Below, in pieces: positions 33,774 to 44,339 of a stretch of 52,166 nucleotides of DNA. The DNA comes from Planctomycetota bacterium (GTDB lineage Bacteria > Planctomycetota > Phycisphaerae > FEN-1346): NCBI GenBank assembly GCA_026387035.1, contig JAPLMM010000262.1, forward strand, positions 1-52,166, in the 5' to 3' direction. The notes beneath the pieces were generated by a model that was not told where the DNA came from, did not search any database, and saw nothing but the letters and a program-made list of their open reading frames with translations. A program made the translations under genes and the position numbers. Numbering within the stretch: position 1 is the first letter of the stretch; each line of letters begins with the position of its first letter.

Positions 33774-36403
33774 CGCCGCTTTCGCGCGAGCCTCCATCCC
33801 GCCTTCCAGACCTCATAAGCCGCTACCGGCACGAGCGACAGGGCGAGCACCGTCGCCCACTGGCCCCCGTCCAGCGTGCACGTCCCAAAGAGCGCCTGGA
33901 GCGGGCCCATGACGACCGCCGCCAGGACGATCGCGGCCGAGAGGATACACGCCCCCGCCAGGTAGAGGTTCGTGCGCGGGTCGAGGCGCCAGATGTTTTG
34001 GGTTTCGGATCGGGCGCTCCAGGCCCGCGCCAGTTCTGCCAGCGCCAGGGTCACGAACGCCATGGTCCGCCCCGCGGCCGCGTCGCCCGAGCGCATCCCC
34101 AGCCAGAACGCGAGGATGACCGCCAGGGCGATGAAGAGGGCGTTAAAGCCGATCATCGCACACAAATGCCGCGTCAGGATGCCTTCCTTCGGCGGACGTG
34201 GCCGACGGCGCATGATGTCCGGCCCCGGCGCGTCCATTCCCAGGGCCATGGCCGGCAGTCCGTCCGTCACGAGGTTGATGAGGAGTATCTGCACAGGAAC
34301 CAGCGGCACGCCCAGGCCGACGGCCACGGGAACCAGAATCGCGAGCAGTTCTCCCAGATTGCAGGCGAGCAGGTAGGTGACGAACTTGCGGATGTTGTCG
34401 AAGATGACGCGTCCCTCGCGGATCGCCTCGACGATGGTGGCGAAGTTGTCGTCCATCAGCACCAGGTCGGCGGCCCCCTTGGCGACGTCGGTCCCCGTAA
34501 CGCCCATGGCGACGCCGATGTCGGCTCTTTGAAGGGCGGGGGCGTCGTTCACGCCGTCGCCCGTCATCGCCACGATCTCGCCGCTGGACTGCAGCGCTTC
34601 GACGATCCGGAGTTTCTGCTCGGGCCAGACGCGGGCGAAGACGCGAGTCCGCCCGATGTGCTCGCGCAGTTGGTCGGGGCTCCAGGCCTCGAGGTCGCGT
34701 CCGGTGATGCATTCGTCGCCGGGTTCAAGGAGTCCGAGTTCGGCGGCGATGGCCTTGGCCGTCGGCAGGGCGTCGCCCGTGATCATGATCGTTCGGATGC
34801 CGGCGCCGGTCGCTTGGTCGAGCGCCTCGCGCACCTCCGGTCGCGGCGGGTCGCGCATCGCCACGAGCCCTGCCAGCACAAGGTCTATCTCGTCCTCGGC
34901 TGAGGCCGTCTCGGCGCCGGCGGCGTCTTTCCAGGCGAAGGCGAGGACGCGCAGCGCCCGGCCCGCCATGTCGTCCAGGCGCCGGCGGATGCGGTTCTTG
35001 TCGGCGTCGCCGAGCGGTTGGGGTCGGCCGCCGGAGTCGAAGAAGGCGCATCGCTCCAAGAGGACGTCGGGCGCGCCCTTGACGAGCAAGCGGCGCCCCT
35101 CGTCAAGGTCGTGGAGCGTGGCCATGCGCTTGCGGTCCGAGTCGAACGGCGCCTCGGCCAGGCGGCGATGGGCGCGCCGCAGGTCCGACGCACAGACGCC
35201 CGATCCTCGCGCGAAGTCCAGGAGCGCCAGTTCCGTCGGGTCGCCGACACGGCCGGTTTCGTCGGCGCCCGCCTCGGCGTCGTTGCAGAGGACGGCGATC
35301 TGGAGTATCCGCCGGCGGACGGCGGCGTCCGGGGCGCCCTCGGGCCCGACGAGTTCCGGCGCCAGGACGACGTCGGCCACGCTCATCCGGCTCTCGGTTA
35401 GCGTGCCGGTCTTGTCCGTGCAGATGGTCGTTGTGCAGCCGAGCGTCTCGACGGCGTGGAGTCTCCGGACGATGGCGTGGTGGCGGCTCATGCGGTGGAC
35501 GCCGACGGCGAGCGCGACCGTGATGATGGCCGGCAAACCTTCTGGGATGGCGGCGACGGCGAGGCTCACAGCCGTCATGAAAATCCCCAGCGGCGGCTCG
35601 CCGCGGGCCAGGCCCAGGCCGAAGATGGCTGCGCAGATGGCCAGTGTCGCCAGGCCCAGTCCTTTGCCGAACCCGGCGAGTTTCTGCTGGAGCGGCGTGC
35701 TCGTTCTCTTCTCGGTCTCCAGCAATTGGGCGATCCGGCCGATCTCGCGCTCGGCGCCCGTGGCCACGGCCAAGCCTGCCCCGCGGCCGTAAACGGCGAC
35801 CGTGCCGGCGTACGCCATGTTCCGGCGCTCGGCGAGCGGCACGTCGTGGTCCATCGGCTCGGCGGTCTTTTCGACCGGCGCGGATTCGCCTGTCAGGCTG
35901 GCCTCGTCCGTCCGCAGGTGATGGGTTTCCACGAGCCGCAGGTCCGCCGGCACATGGCTCCCTTCGCGCAGGACCACCAGGTCGCCGGGGACGACCGCCT
36001 GGCTGCTGATGCGGAGGCTGTGCCCGTCGCGCACGACCTCGCACTCGGGCACCGAGAGTTGCTTCAGGGCTTCCAGGGCGCGGCTCGCCTTGTACTCCTG
36101 GGCGACGCCCAGGGCGGCGTTCATCACCAGGATCGCCAGAATGACGTATGCGTCGGTCATCTCGCCGAGGGCGAAGGAAACGGCCGCCGCCGCGATCAAA
36201 ATCCAAATGAGAAAGTCCCGGAACTGATCGAGGAACATGTGGAGGACGGTCCGGCGGCGACCCTCGGGGAGGACGTTCCGGCCGTGGCGCGCGAGCCTCG
36301 CCTCGGCCTCGGCGTGCGAAAGGCCGGCGGCGAGGTCCGTGCCGAGGGCCTCGGCCATCTCGCCGGCGCTCGTCGCATGCCAGGATCGCGGCGTGTCTGC
36401 CAA
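33770..36403 (-). CDS. cation-transporting P-type ATPase (P2/SERCA-PMCA-like)
   Basis: Motifs: SLTGESAPVEK, ICTDKTGTLT, MITGD and VAMTGDGVNDAPAL. I placed the start at TTG 36403 (SD AAGGGAG 6 nt upstream), giving MADTPRSWHATSAGEMAEALGTD. The 80 upstream codons of the listed ORF are Arg/Pro-rich. Confidence 0.9.
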   Translation of the reverse strand: MADTPRSWHATSAGEMAEALGTDLAAGLSHAEAEARLARHGRNVLPEGRRRTVLHMFLDQFRDFLIWILIAAAAVSFALGEMTDAYVILAILVMNAALGVAQEYKASRALEALKQLSVPECEVVRDGHSLRISSQAVVPGDLVVLREGSHVPADLRLVETHHLRTDEASLTGESAPVEKTAEPMDHDVPLAERRNMAYAGTVAVYGRGAGLAVATGAEREIGRIAQLLETEKRTSTPLQQKLAGFGKGLGLATLAICAAIFGLGLARGEPPLGIFMTAVSLAVAAIPEGLPAIITVALAVGVHRMSRHHAIVRRLHAVETLGCTTTICTDKTGTLTESRMSVADVVLAPELVGPEGAPDAAVRRRILQIAVLCNDAEAGADETGRVGDPTELALLDFARGSGVCASDLRRAHRRLAEAPFDSDRKRMATLHDLDEGRRLLVKGAPDVLLERCAFFDSGGRPQPLGDADKNRIRRRLDDMAGRALRVLAFAWKDAAGAETASAEDEIDLVLAGLVAMRDPPRPEVREALDQATGAGIRTIMITGDALPTAKAIAAELGLLEPGDECITGRDLEAWSPDQLREHIGRTRVFARVWPEQKLRIVEALQSSGEIVAMTGDGVNDAPALQRADIGVAMGVTGTDVAKGAADLVLMDDNFATIVEAIREGRVIFDNIRKFVTYLLACNLGELLAILVPVAVGLGVPLVPVQILLINLVTDGLPAMALGMDAPGPDIMRRRPRPPKEGILTRHLCAMIGFNALFIALAVILAFWLGMRSGDAAAGRTMAFVTLALAELARAWSARSETQNIWRLDPRTNLYLAGACILSAAIVLAAVVMGPLQALFGTCTLDGGQWATVLALSLVPVAAYEVWKAGWRLARKRR

Positions 36404-36506
36404 GAAGCGCTCCCTTCTCTGGGGCCGGTTCCTTTTACGCTTCGGGACAGCGGGATGCAACAAGAACCGGAGGCCGAGGTGGTTAAGGCCGGCTGGCTTG
36501 CGGGTT

Positions 36507-37619
<1,113 letters not shown>

Positions 37620-37672
37620 GAAAGCCCTCCTTTCGCATTCCCGTTCGGCGGCGGACCCCCGTCGTCCCGCGG

Positions 37673-39208
37673 TCAGTGCGTCATCGCGTACACCAGGATG
37701 TTGATCCCCAGGCGCAGGGCGTCGTCGGTCCGGTATTCCCGCGCGTACGGATTCGGCGCCCCCGACCACCCGTTCACGAACCCGTACGGGCTGTAGACCA
37801 CCCGCAACTGGTTTTCCAGGCTGATGCCTTCGAGCGTCGGCTCCCGCAGGCCCGGATGCTCGTGCAGCACCAGCGGCGTATAGATCACCTCCTGGATCGG
37901 ATAGACCGCGCGGTAGACCGGGTGATCGAGGGGGAGTCGCTCGAGGGGGTGGTCCGGCAGGACGCGCCGGATCTCGCGCCGGAACGCGTCGTCGAAGCCT
38001 TTGCGGCCGCAACACGCGTTGGCCACCAGCACGCCCCCCGCCGCCAGGTACCGCTGCAGGTTCTGCACTTCCTCGTCCGCGAGTTTGAAGTCCTTGTGGC
38101 CCGTCATGTAGAGGATCGGGTGCGCGAAGGCATCGATGCTCCTCAGGTCCACGTTCTCACGCTTGAACTGCACTTCCACCGTCGTATTTTGCGCCAGGTG
38201 CTTCAAGAGCGCCGCCAGCGCCGACGGCTGCGTGTCCCAGTCGCCGTCGTGAATGACCTGGGCGATGACGAGTTGGTCCCGCGTCGGCTCGCCCGTCTGG
38301 TGATACACCCGCTCCGTCGAGAGGAACCGCCCCAGTTCGTACGTCGCCAGGGCGTAAGTGAGGATGTTCGCGCCCAGCATGCGCGCGTCCTTCGGCAACA
38401 CGCGCTGGCCGTGCTCGTGGATGTGCCCGTCCCACCCGCACGAGCAGTCGTACCCGCCCGTGTAGATGACGGCCGCCCGGCATCCGATGTGGACGGCCTC
38501 CAGCGGCGGCGCGGCATTCCATTCCTTCCCCTCCCGCGAGTACCGCACCGACCCGATGTTGTAGAACGAGGAATACAGCGGATGGTCCGCCGGCAGCGGC
38601 TCCAGGGGGCGCTGGTTCCCGAACAGTTTCGCCACGAACGCGCGGAACGCCTTGTCGAACTCCGGCGCCCCGCAGCACGCGTCGCCGAGGATCATCCCGC
38701 CGTCGACGCAGAATTGCCTCAGCCTCGGCAGGAGTTCGTCCGGCACCGTGAACGCGTCGTGGCCCGTGAAGTACAAGATCGGCAGTTCCGTCGGATTGCA
38801 CGAGAACTCCGGCAGGTCCGTGTCCACCGCACGGTACTGGATGTTCAACTGCCGGTTCGTCCACTCCAGAAGGTTCCCGATGTCGTTCGGGTCGGTCATC
38901 CAGTCGCGGAAACTCGTCCGCTGGCCGTTCTCCGTCACCCACTTGACGTCCCCCAGGATCGCCTTCCCCACCAGGGCCGGCGGGCTCGGCTGGCGTTTCT
39001 TCTCGGTCCGGCGAAGCGGCGTCGCGGGCAGCGGCAGCGGCGGAAAACTCTCCGCCGCCGTCCGACGCTGCGGGGCCGCCGGCGGCGGCGGACCGCACGT
39101 CCGAGGCTGCGCCGACGCCTCCGCCGCCAGCGCCGCCGCCAGACCCGCCACCAGCATCGCCAGCAGACCTCGCGCGACCCGATTCGTTTCGACCTTCGAG
39201 CGTGACAT
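37673..39208 (-). CDS. secreted/anchored protein with two tandem DUF4159-like domains
   Basis: Two copies of the pattern 'W..DP..(I/L)..LL......(I/V)...........(L)P(I)LY(F/M)TGH..F.....E...L..(F/Y)...GG.(I/L)..(D/N)ACCG...FD.AFR' are present (GDACCGAPEFDKAFR and ANACCGRKGFDDAFR). An N-terminal hydrophobic anchor is present. I placed the start at ATG 39208. Confidence 0.7.
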   Translation of the reverse strand: MSRSKVETNRVARGLLAMLVAGLAAALAAEASAQPRTCGPPPPAAPQRRTAAESFPPLPLPATPLRRTEKKRQPSPPALVGKAILGDVKWVTENGQRTSFRDWMTDPNDIGNLLEWTNRQLNIQYRAVDTDLPEFSCNPTELPILYFTGHDAFTVPDELLPRLRQFCVDGGMILGDACCGAPEFDKAFRAFVAKLFGNQRPLEPLPADHPLYSSFYNIGSVRYSREGKEWNAAPPLEAVHIGCRAAVIYTGGYDCSCGWDGHIHEHGQRVLPKDARMLGANILTYALATYELGRFLSTERVYHQTGEPTRDQLVIAQVIHDGDWDTQPSALAALLKHLAQNTTVEVQFKRENVDLRSIDAFAHPILYMTGHKDFKLADEEVQNLQRYLAAGGVLVANACCGRKGFDDAFRREIRRVLPDHPLERLPLDHPVYRAVYPIQEVIYTPLVLHEHPGLREPTLEGISLENQLRVVYSPYGFVNGWSGAPNPYAREYRTDDALRLGINILVYAMTH

Positions 39209-39431
39209 GGCTTTCCCTCGTTCCGGCGCCGTCAAGGCAACGGGCTAGCACCCGCGCCACAGCGGGGTTAGAAAACGGCCTTTGCCGTCTCTTTAATCGG
39301 CAACACTATAGCAGGGTGCCGACCCAAATCCGCGCCGGCCCGCCGGGCTCCTCTAAATTATACTCCCGGCCCGGTGCGGAAATTGCAAGAAAACGCCGCT
39401 TCTCCCCTTCCCACCCCTTCCCGCCTCGGAA

Positions 39432-39459
39432 TTGACAGACCCGCCTCGCGGAGTAAAAT
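39432..39459 (+). promoter_or_regulatory. sigma70-like promoter upstream of tRNA-Arg
   Basis: TTGACA (39432-39437), a 16-nt spacer, then TAAAAT (39454-39459). The tRNA 5' end is at 39469. Confidence 0.5.
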
Positions 39460-39468
39460 GGCGGGCAC

Positions 39469-39545
39469 GCGCCCGTAGCTCAATTGGATAGAGCATCGGA
39501 CTTCGGATCCGAGGGTTGGGGGTTCGACTCCCTCCGGGCGCGCCA
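39469..39545 (+). tRNA. tRNA-Arg (anticodon TCG), CCA encoded
   Basis: Hand-folded cloverleaf. Acceptor stem GCGCCCG/CGGGCGC. D arm GCTC-AATTGGATA-GAGC. Anticodon arm TCGGA-CTTCGGA-TCCGA. Variable loop GGGTT. T arm GGGGG-TTCGACT-CCCTC. Discriminator G, then CCA. Confidence 0.9.
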
Positions 39546-39651
39546 ACCCCGACCTCGAACCGCAGCCCAGAGGGCCCCTTTCATACATGGGGAGACCGCC
39601 GAGAACGCCCGCCTTCCCGGGAACGGGTCCATCCTGGCCAAATAATCCTTT

Positions 39652-39720
39652 GGACGTTGAACGTTGAGCGTTGGCTGTTGAACGTTCGTCGTTTTGCCCC
39701 TTTCCGGTTTCCGGGTTTGC
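39652..39720. repeat. tandem 7-bp periodic array (GGACGTT GAACGTT GAGCGTT GGCTGTT GAACGTT CGTCGTT) followed by a short CCGGTTT/CCGGGTT array
   Basis: Read directly from the sequence. It is intergenic, between tRNA-Arg and etfB. The second part resembles the CGGTTNC array at 13463. Confidence 0.8.
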
Positions 39721-39876
39721 CGCGGCATAGTCCCGATTCATCGGGACGACGGCGGGTCCGGGTTCCGCGTTGCCTCTCCCGGCGGTTTCCGCTTGACCCC
39801 CCGGCCGGGGCGGATTAACCTATGGCCTTCCTGCTGCCCGTCCGCCGGCCTAGCGAAAACGAGGGATTGAGGGCAG

Positions 39877-40776
39877 ATGGCCTATAACATCGTGGTTCTC
39901 ATCAAGCAGGTGCCGGACACCAAACGCATCACCGGCGAGGCGATGCGCGACGACGGGACCGTCAACCGCAGCGCCCTGCCGGCCATTTTCAACCCGGAAG
40001 ACCTCCATGCCCTCGAAGCCGCCCTGGAACTCAAAGAAAGGTACGGCGGCCGGGTGACGGTCGTCACGATGGGTCCGCCCCAGGCCTGCGAGGTCCTGCG
40101 GGAAAGCCTGGAGCGGGGCGCCGACGACGTGGTGCTGATTACCGACCGCCGCGCGGCCGCCAGCGACACCCTGGCCACCAGTTATATCCTTTCCTGTGCC
40201 GTGCGCAAACTGAATGAGCCCCGGCGCGCCGGGGTGAACCTGGTGGTCTGCGGTCGTCAGGCGATCGATGGCGACACGGCCCAGGTGCCGCCCCAGACGG
40301 CGGAGAAACTCGGCTGGCCCCAGGTGACCTACGTCGAATGCGTGGAGGAAGTGGCCGGAGGCCGCCTTCGCGCCCGCCGCAATACGGGCGAGGGCACGGA
40401 GCGCATCGAATGTCCGCTGCCATGTCTCCTCACGGTAACCGACCAGGCGCCCGCGGCGCGTCCGCCGTCGGCCAAGCGCGTGATGGCGGTCAAGAAAGCC
40501 CGGTCGCGCGCGGAGATCGAGCGCGAGACGCCCGACCCCGCCCAGGCCCAGGCGCGGGCCGAGGCGCTCCAGGCCCGCGGTCTCCTGATTACCCAGTGGG
40601 ACCTCCAGGACATCGGGGCCGATCTGGCATGGTGCGGGCGCGACGGCAGCCCCACGAAGGTTAAACGCATTCAGTCGGTCGTCCTGAAGGGCAGCGGCTT
40701 CAAGAAGGTCGAGCCGACCGAAGAGGCAATAGCGACAATGGTCCACGAACTGATTGAAGACCATACGATCGGGTGA
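39877..40776 (+). CDS. etfB: electron transfer flavoprotein beta subunit (EtfB/FixA)
   Basis: Motifs: MAYNIVVLIKQVPDT and ITDRRAAASDTLATSY, plus a C-terminal arm containing WCGRDGSPTKV. Confidence 0.9.
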   Translation: MAYNIVVLIKQVPDTKRITGEAMRDDGTVNRSALPAIFNPEDLHALEAALELKERYGGRVTVVTMGPPQACEVLRESLERGADDVVLITDRRAAASDTLATSYILSCAVRKLNEPRRAGVNLVVCGRQAIDGDTAQVPPQTAEKLGWPQVTYVECVEEVAGGRLRARRNTGEGTERIECPLPCLLTVTDQAPAARPPSAKRVMAVKKARSRAEIERETPDPAQAQARAEALQARGLLITQWDLQDIGADLAWCGRDGSPTKVKRIQSVVLKGSGFKKVEPTEEAIATMVHELIEDHTIG

Positions 40777-40779
40777 AGC

Positions 40780-40844
40780 CATTGCGGATTTCGGCCCGAA
40801 GGGCTCCAACGAAGGAACAGGGAGATTGCGGATTGCGGATTGGG
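40780..40844. repeat. 7-bp periodic repeats (CATTGCG GATTTCG ... GATTGCG GATTGCG GATTGGG) inside the etfB-etfA spacer
   Basis: Read directly from the sequence. There are two blocks, 40780-40793 and 40824-40844. Confidence 0.75.
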
Positions 40845-40948
40845 GTGCGAGCGGAGACGTTTAGCCGCGACCCGACCTGTCCGCCGGAGCCCGCAGGGCG
40901 AAGGCGGAAGGGGAGCGCCGTACCAGTGCCTTGGGGAGTGCGCAACGC

Positions 40949-41977
40949 ATGATTGACGTAAACCGCGAGGGTGACGTGTGGGTCGTCGCGGAACAGAACG
41001 ACGGCCAACTGCACGACGTCGGCCTGGAACTTCTGTCGAAGGGCCGGGAGTTGGCCGAGACGCTGGGCGTTCGCCTGACGGCGGTCGTGATGGGGGCCGA
41101 CGTGGCCCGCCACGCCGAACGCCTCATCCATCACGGCGCCGACCGCGTCGTGGCGGCCGAGGACGCTCTCCTGGCGCACTACCAGACCAATCCGTACGCG
41201 AAGGTTCTCTGCCGCCTCATCGAGGAGCACAAGCCGCAGATCGTCATCTACGGCGCAACGCCCCTTGGCCGCGACCTCGCGCCGCGCGTGGCCAGCGCCC
41301 TTCGTGCCGGCCTGACGGCCGACTGCACGGACCTGGACATCGGCGACCACGTCGAGCCGGGCACCAAGGAGAAGTACGACCGGTTGCTCTTGCAGATCCG
41401 TCCCGCGTTCGGGGGCAACATCATTGCGACGATCGTGAACCCCGAGCGCTGGCCGCAGATGGCCACGGTCCGCGAAGGCGTGATGCGCCTGCCCGACGCC
41501 GACCCGTCGCGCCGCGGTGAGATCATCCGCTTTAGGCCGGGCCTTTCGGCCGAGGACCTGCCCTTGAAGATCCTCGATCATACGAAAGCCGAACGAAAGG
41601 TGAACCTGAAAGCGGCCCGGGTCATCGTCGCGGGCGGGGCGGGGGTAGGCAGCAAGGAGAACTTCCGGCTGATCTGGGACCTGGCGAATTCGCTCGGCGC
41701 CGCCGCCGGCGCCAGCCGCGCCGCCGTCGACAACGGCTGGATCGACAAGGACCACCAAGTGGGCCAGACGGGGACGACGGTCCGGCCGGCCTTGTACATA
41801 GCGGTCGGCATCAGCGGTGCGGTCCAGCACCGGGCGGGGATGAGCGAGGCCCAGAAGATCGTGGCCATCAACGCCGACCCGCACGCTCCGATATTCCAAG
41901 TGGCCCACTACGGCATCGTGGGCGACCTGAATCGCGTGATTCCGATGATGATCTACGCCATTAAGAAGCGGGTGTGA
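40949..41977 (+). CDS. etfA: electron transfer flavoprotein alpha subunit (EtfA/FixB)
   Basis: Motifs: PLGRDLAPRVASAL, and the FAD block ASRAAVDNGWIDKDHQVGQTGTTVRPALYIAVGISGAVQH. I placed the start at ATG 40949. Confidence 0.9.
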   Translation: MIDVNREGDVWVVAEQNDGQLHDVGLELLSKGRELAETLGVRLTAVVMGADVARHAERLIHHGADRVVAAEDALLAHYQTNPYAKVLCRLIEEHKPQIVIYGATPLGRDLAPRVASALRAGLTADCTDLDIGDHVEPGTKEKYDRLLLQIRPAFGGNIIATIVNPERWPQMATVREGVMRLPDADPSRRGEIIRFRPGLSAEDLPLKILDHTKAERKVNLKAARVIVAGGAGVGSKENFRLIWDLANSLGAAAGASRAAVDNGWIDKDHQVGQTGTTVRPALYIAVGISGAVQHRAGMSEAQKIVAINADPHAPIFQVAHYGIVGDLNRVIPMMIYAIKKRV

Positions 41978-43722
41978 TCGTGGCGAACTTTTTTTCGGAC
42001 AATTCCGACATTCAGTTTCACTTGGGCCGGCTGAAACTCGAGCCGCTCGTTCGCATGCGCGAGCGCGATTTTGCGGAGGCCGCCGAGTGCGACTACGCGC
42101 CCGAAACGGTCGAGGACGCCGTAGACAATTATCGGCGGGTGCTGGCGCTGGTGGGCGAGATCGCGGGCGACGTGGTGGCGCCCGAGTCGCCGGAGATCGA
42201 CCGCGCGGGGTCGCACCTCTGCTCGGAAGAGGCGTGCGTGCGGTATGCGCCCGGCATCGAGAAGGCGCTGAAGGCGTTGGCGCAGGCGGACCTGATGGGG
42301 TTCACGCTGCCGAGGCGGTTCGGTGGCCTCAACTGTCCGGGCATCATCTATACGATCGGCACCGAGATGATCAGCCGCGCCGACGCCAGCCTCATGAATA
42401 TCTTCGGCCTCCAGGGCATCGCGGAGACGATCAACGCCTTCGCGTCCGAAGACCAGAAGCAGCGGACGCTCCCGCGCTTCAGCGCCGGCACGGTGACCGG
42501 CGCGATGGTCCTGACGGAACCGGACGCGGGCAGCGACCTTCAGAACGTCCAGTTGCAGGCCTACGAGGACGGGACGGGCCAGTGGCGCTTGAAGGGCGTC
42601 AAGCGGTTCATCACGAACGGCTGCGGGGAGATCCTGCTGGTGCTTGCGCGGAGCGAGCCGGACGAGGCGGGCGGCATGGGCCTGAGTCTGTTCCTCTGCG
42701 AACGGAACCCGGCAATCCGCATCCGGCGGACCGAAGACAAAATGGGCATCCACGGGTCGCCGACGTGCGAGATGCAGTTTAACGACGCCCCCGCGGAACT
42801 GGTGGGCGAGCGGCGTCGCGGCCTGGTGACGTACGTCATGGCCCTGATGAACGGGGCGCGGATCGGGATCGCGGCCCAGAGCCTGGGCATCGCGGAGGCG
42901 GCGTTCCGGGTGGCCCGGAACTACGCGGCGACGCGCGTCCAGTTCGGCCGGCCCATCGAGCGGATGCCGGCCGTCGCCGACCTCCTGGCCGAAATGAAAC
43001 TCGCCATCGAATCCGGCCGCGCGCTGCTATACGAGGCGACGCTGGCGGCCGACTATGAGTATGGCCTCGAAGAGGCCATGGCGCGGTGCGAGGACCCCCA
43101 GCGGCGCCAGGAGATGAACAAGGAACAGAAGAAGTACAAGCGTCTGGCGGCGCTCCTGACGCCGATGGCGAAGTATTGGCTCAGCGAAATGTGCAACCGC
43201 GTGGCGTACGAGGCCATCAGCGTGCTCGGCGGATCGGGCTACATGCGCGACTACCCGCTGGAGCAACTGTATCGCGACGCGCGGATCACGTCGATCTACG
43301 AAGGGACGAGCCAGTTGCAGGTTCTGGCGACGGTGCGTGGCGTGACGAGCGGGACGGCGGAGAAGCGCTTCGCTGAGATGGACGCGTCCCCGCCGCCGAG
43401 GGGCTTCAAGGGCCTCGCCGACCGCCTTCGCCGAATGCGCGTGAATCTCGATAAGGCCGTTACGCAACTGAAGAGCGAGCGGGGGGCGGACTACCTCGAC
43501 CTCTGGGCCCGGCCGCTTGTCGATGTGGCGACGGACCTGTATCTGGCGTACCTGTGGCTCGGCATGGCGCGCGACTCCAAGACGAAGGCTGTCAGCGCCA
43601 GGCGGTTCATCAGCCGCGCCGTCGTCCGGTGCGAGCAGATGCTCCGCCTGATTAGCAGCGGCGATCGCTCGACGCTCGACCATTTCGACGTCCTGGTCGG
43701 GCCGACCTTCGCCGAAGAGTGA
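41974..43722 (+). CDS. acyl-CoA dehydrogenase, long (~580 aa) form
   Basis: ACAD blocks: GAMVLTEPDAGSDL, FITNG, RIGIAAQSLGIAEAA and GGSGYMRDYPLEQLYRDARITSIYEGTSQLQ, plus a C-terminal helical extension. Its GTG overlaps the etfA stop (GTGA). Confidence 0.85.
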   Translation: MIVANFFSDNSDIQFHLGRLKLEPLVRMRERDFAEAAECDYAPETVEDAVDNYRRVLALVGEIAGDVVAPESPEIDRAGSHLCSEEACVRYAPGIEKALKALAQADLMGFTLPRRFGGLNCPGIIYTIGTEMISRADASLMNIFGLQGIAETINAFASEDQKQRTLPRFSAGTVTGAMVLTEPDAGSDLQNVQLQAYEDGTGQWRLKGVKRFITNGCGEILLVLARSEPDEAGGMGLSLFLCERNPAIRIRRTEDKMGIHGSPTCEMQFNDAPAELVGERRRGLVTYVMALMNGARIGIAAQSLGIAEAAFRVARNYAATRVQFGRPIERMPAVADLLAEMKLAIESGRALLYEATLAADYEYGLEEAMARCEDPQRRQEMNKEQKKYKRLAALLTPMAKYWLSEMCNRVAYEAISVLGGSGYMRDYPLEQLYRDARITSIYEGTSQLQVLATVRGVTSGTAEKRFAEMDASPPPRGFKGLADRLRRMRVNLDKAVTQLKSERGADYLDLWARPLVDVATDLYLAYLWLGMARDSKTKAVSARRFISRAVVRCEQMLRLISSGDRSTLDHFDVLVGPTFAEE

Positions 43723-43778
43723 GCCGGCGAGGCGAAGGGGTTTGCCCGCCGTGGCCGCCGTTAAACTAGGAGAATGCA

Positions 43779-44225
43779 ATGGCGCGGTGGCATCGTGACC
43801 CGAAGGTCTGGCGTCGCGTGATGTTTCTGATCGCGATGGTCGATGTTCTGGCCATCGCGGGCAACTTTTTTTTCATCTTCAGACACTATTTCTGGTGGAC
43901 GTGTCTGAAGATCGTCACCTCGTTGTACGAAACCGCCGTACCGTTGGTCGCGCCCTATGTTCTGACGGGCCTGATTTTCGTGGTTTTCATCTATCAGGCA
44001 TGGGCGTATTCCGGTGGTCGGGTGTGGGCCCGCCGGGCCTTCGTCCTCGAGAACATCTTTCTGATTGTGGCAGGCCTGCTCTGGTTCCTGGTGAATCTGG
44101 GGAACCCGGCTCAAACGCTGACTGTCCCGCTCGTCCACGGGCTGCTGGTTCCCATGATCACGTTGTTCCCGCTGCTGTGGCCCCTTTGGGCCCTTCGGCC
44201 CATGAAGCCGCCGGAGGCCGGGTGA
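43779..44225 (+). CDS. small hypothetical membrane protein (about 4 TM helices)
   Basis: 148-aa hydrophobic ORF. The SD AGGAG lies 6 nt upstream. Confidence 0.6.
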   Translation: MARWHRDPKVWRRVMFLIAMVDVLAIAGNFFFIFRHYFWWTCLKIVTSLYETAVPLVAPYVLTGLIFVVFIYQAWAYSGGRVWARRAFVLENIFLIVAGLLWFLVNLGNPAQTLTVPLVHGLLVPMITLFPLLWPLWALRPMKPPEAG

Positions 44226-44339
44226 TCGGAGGAGGGCTGGGAACACCGGTGGTTTATTAATGAAAGCCTTCGGGCGGGCCGGTAGAATGAGGCCATCCTT
44301 ATCGTGTGCCGACAAAGGGCCGGCTGACTGAGGTTGCGC

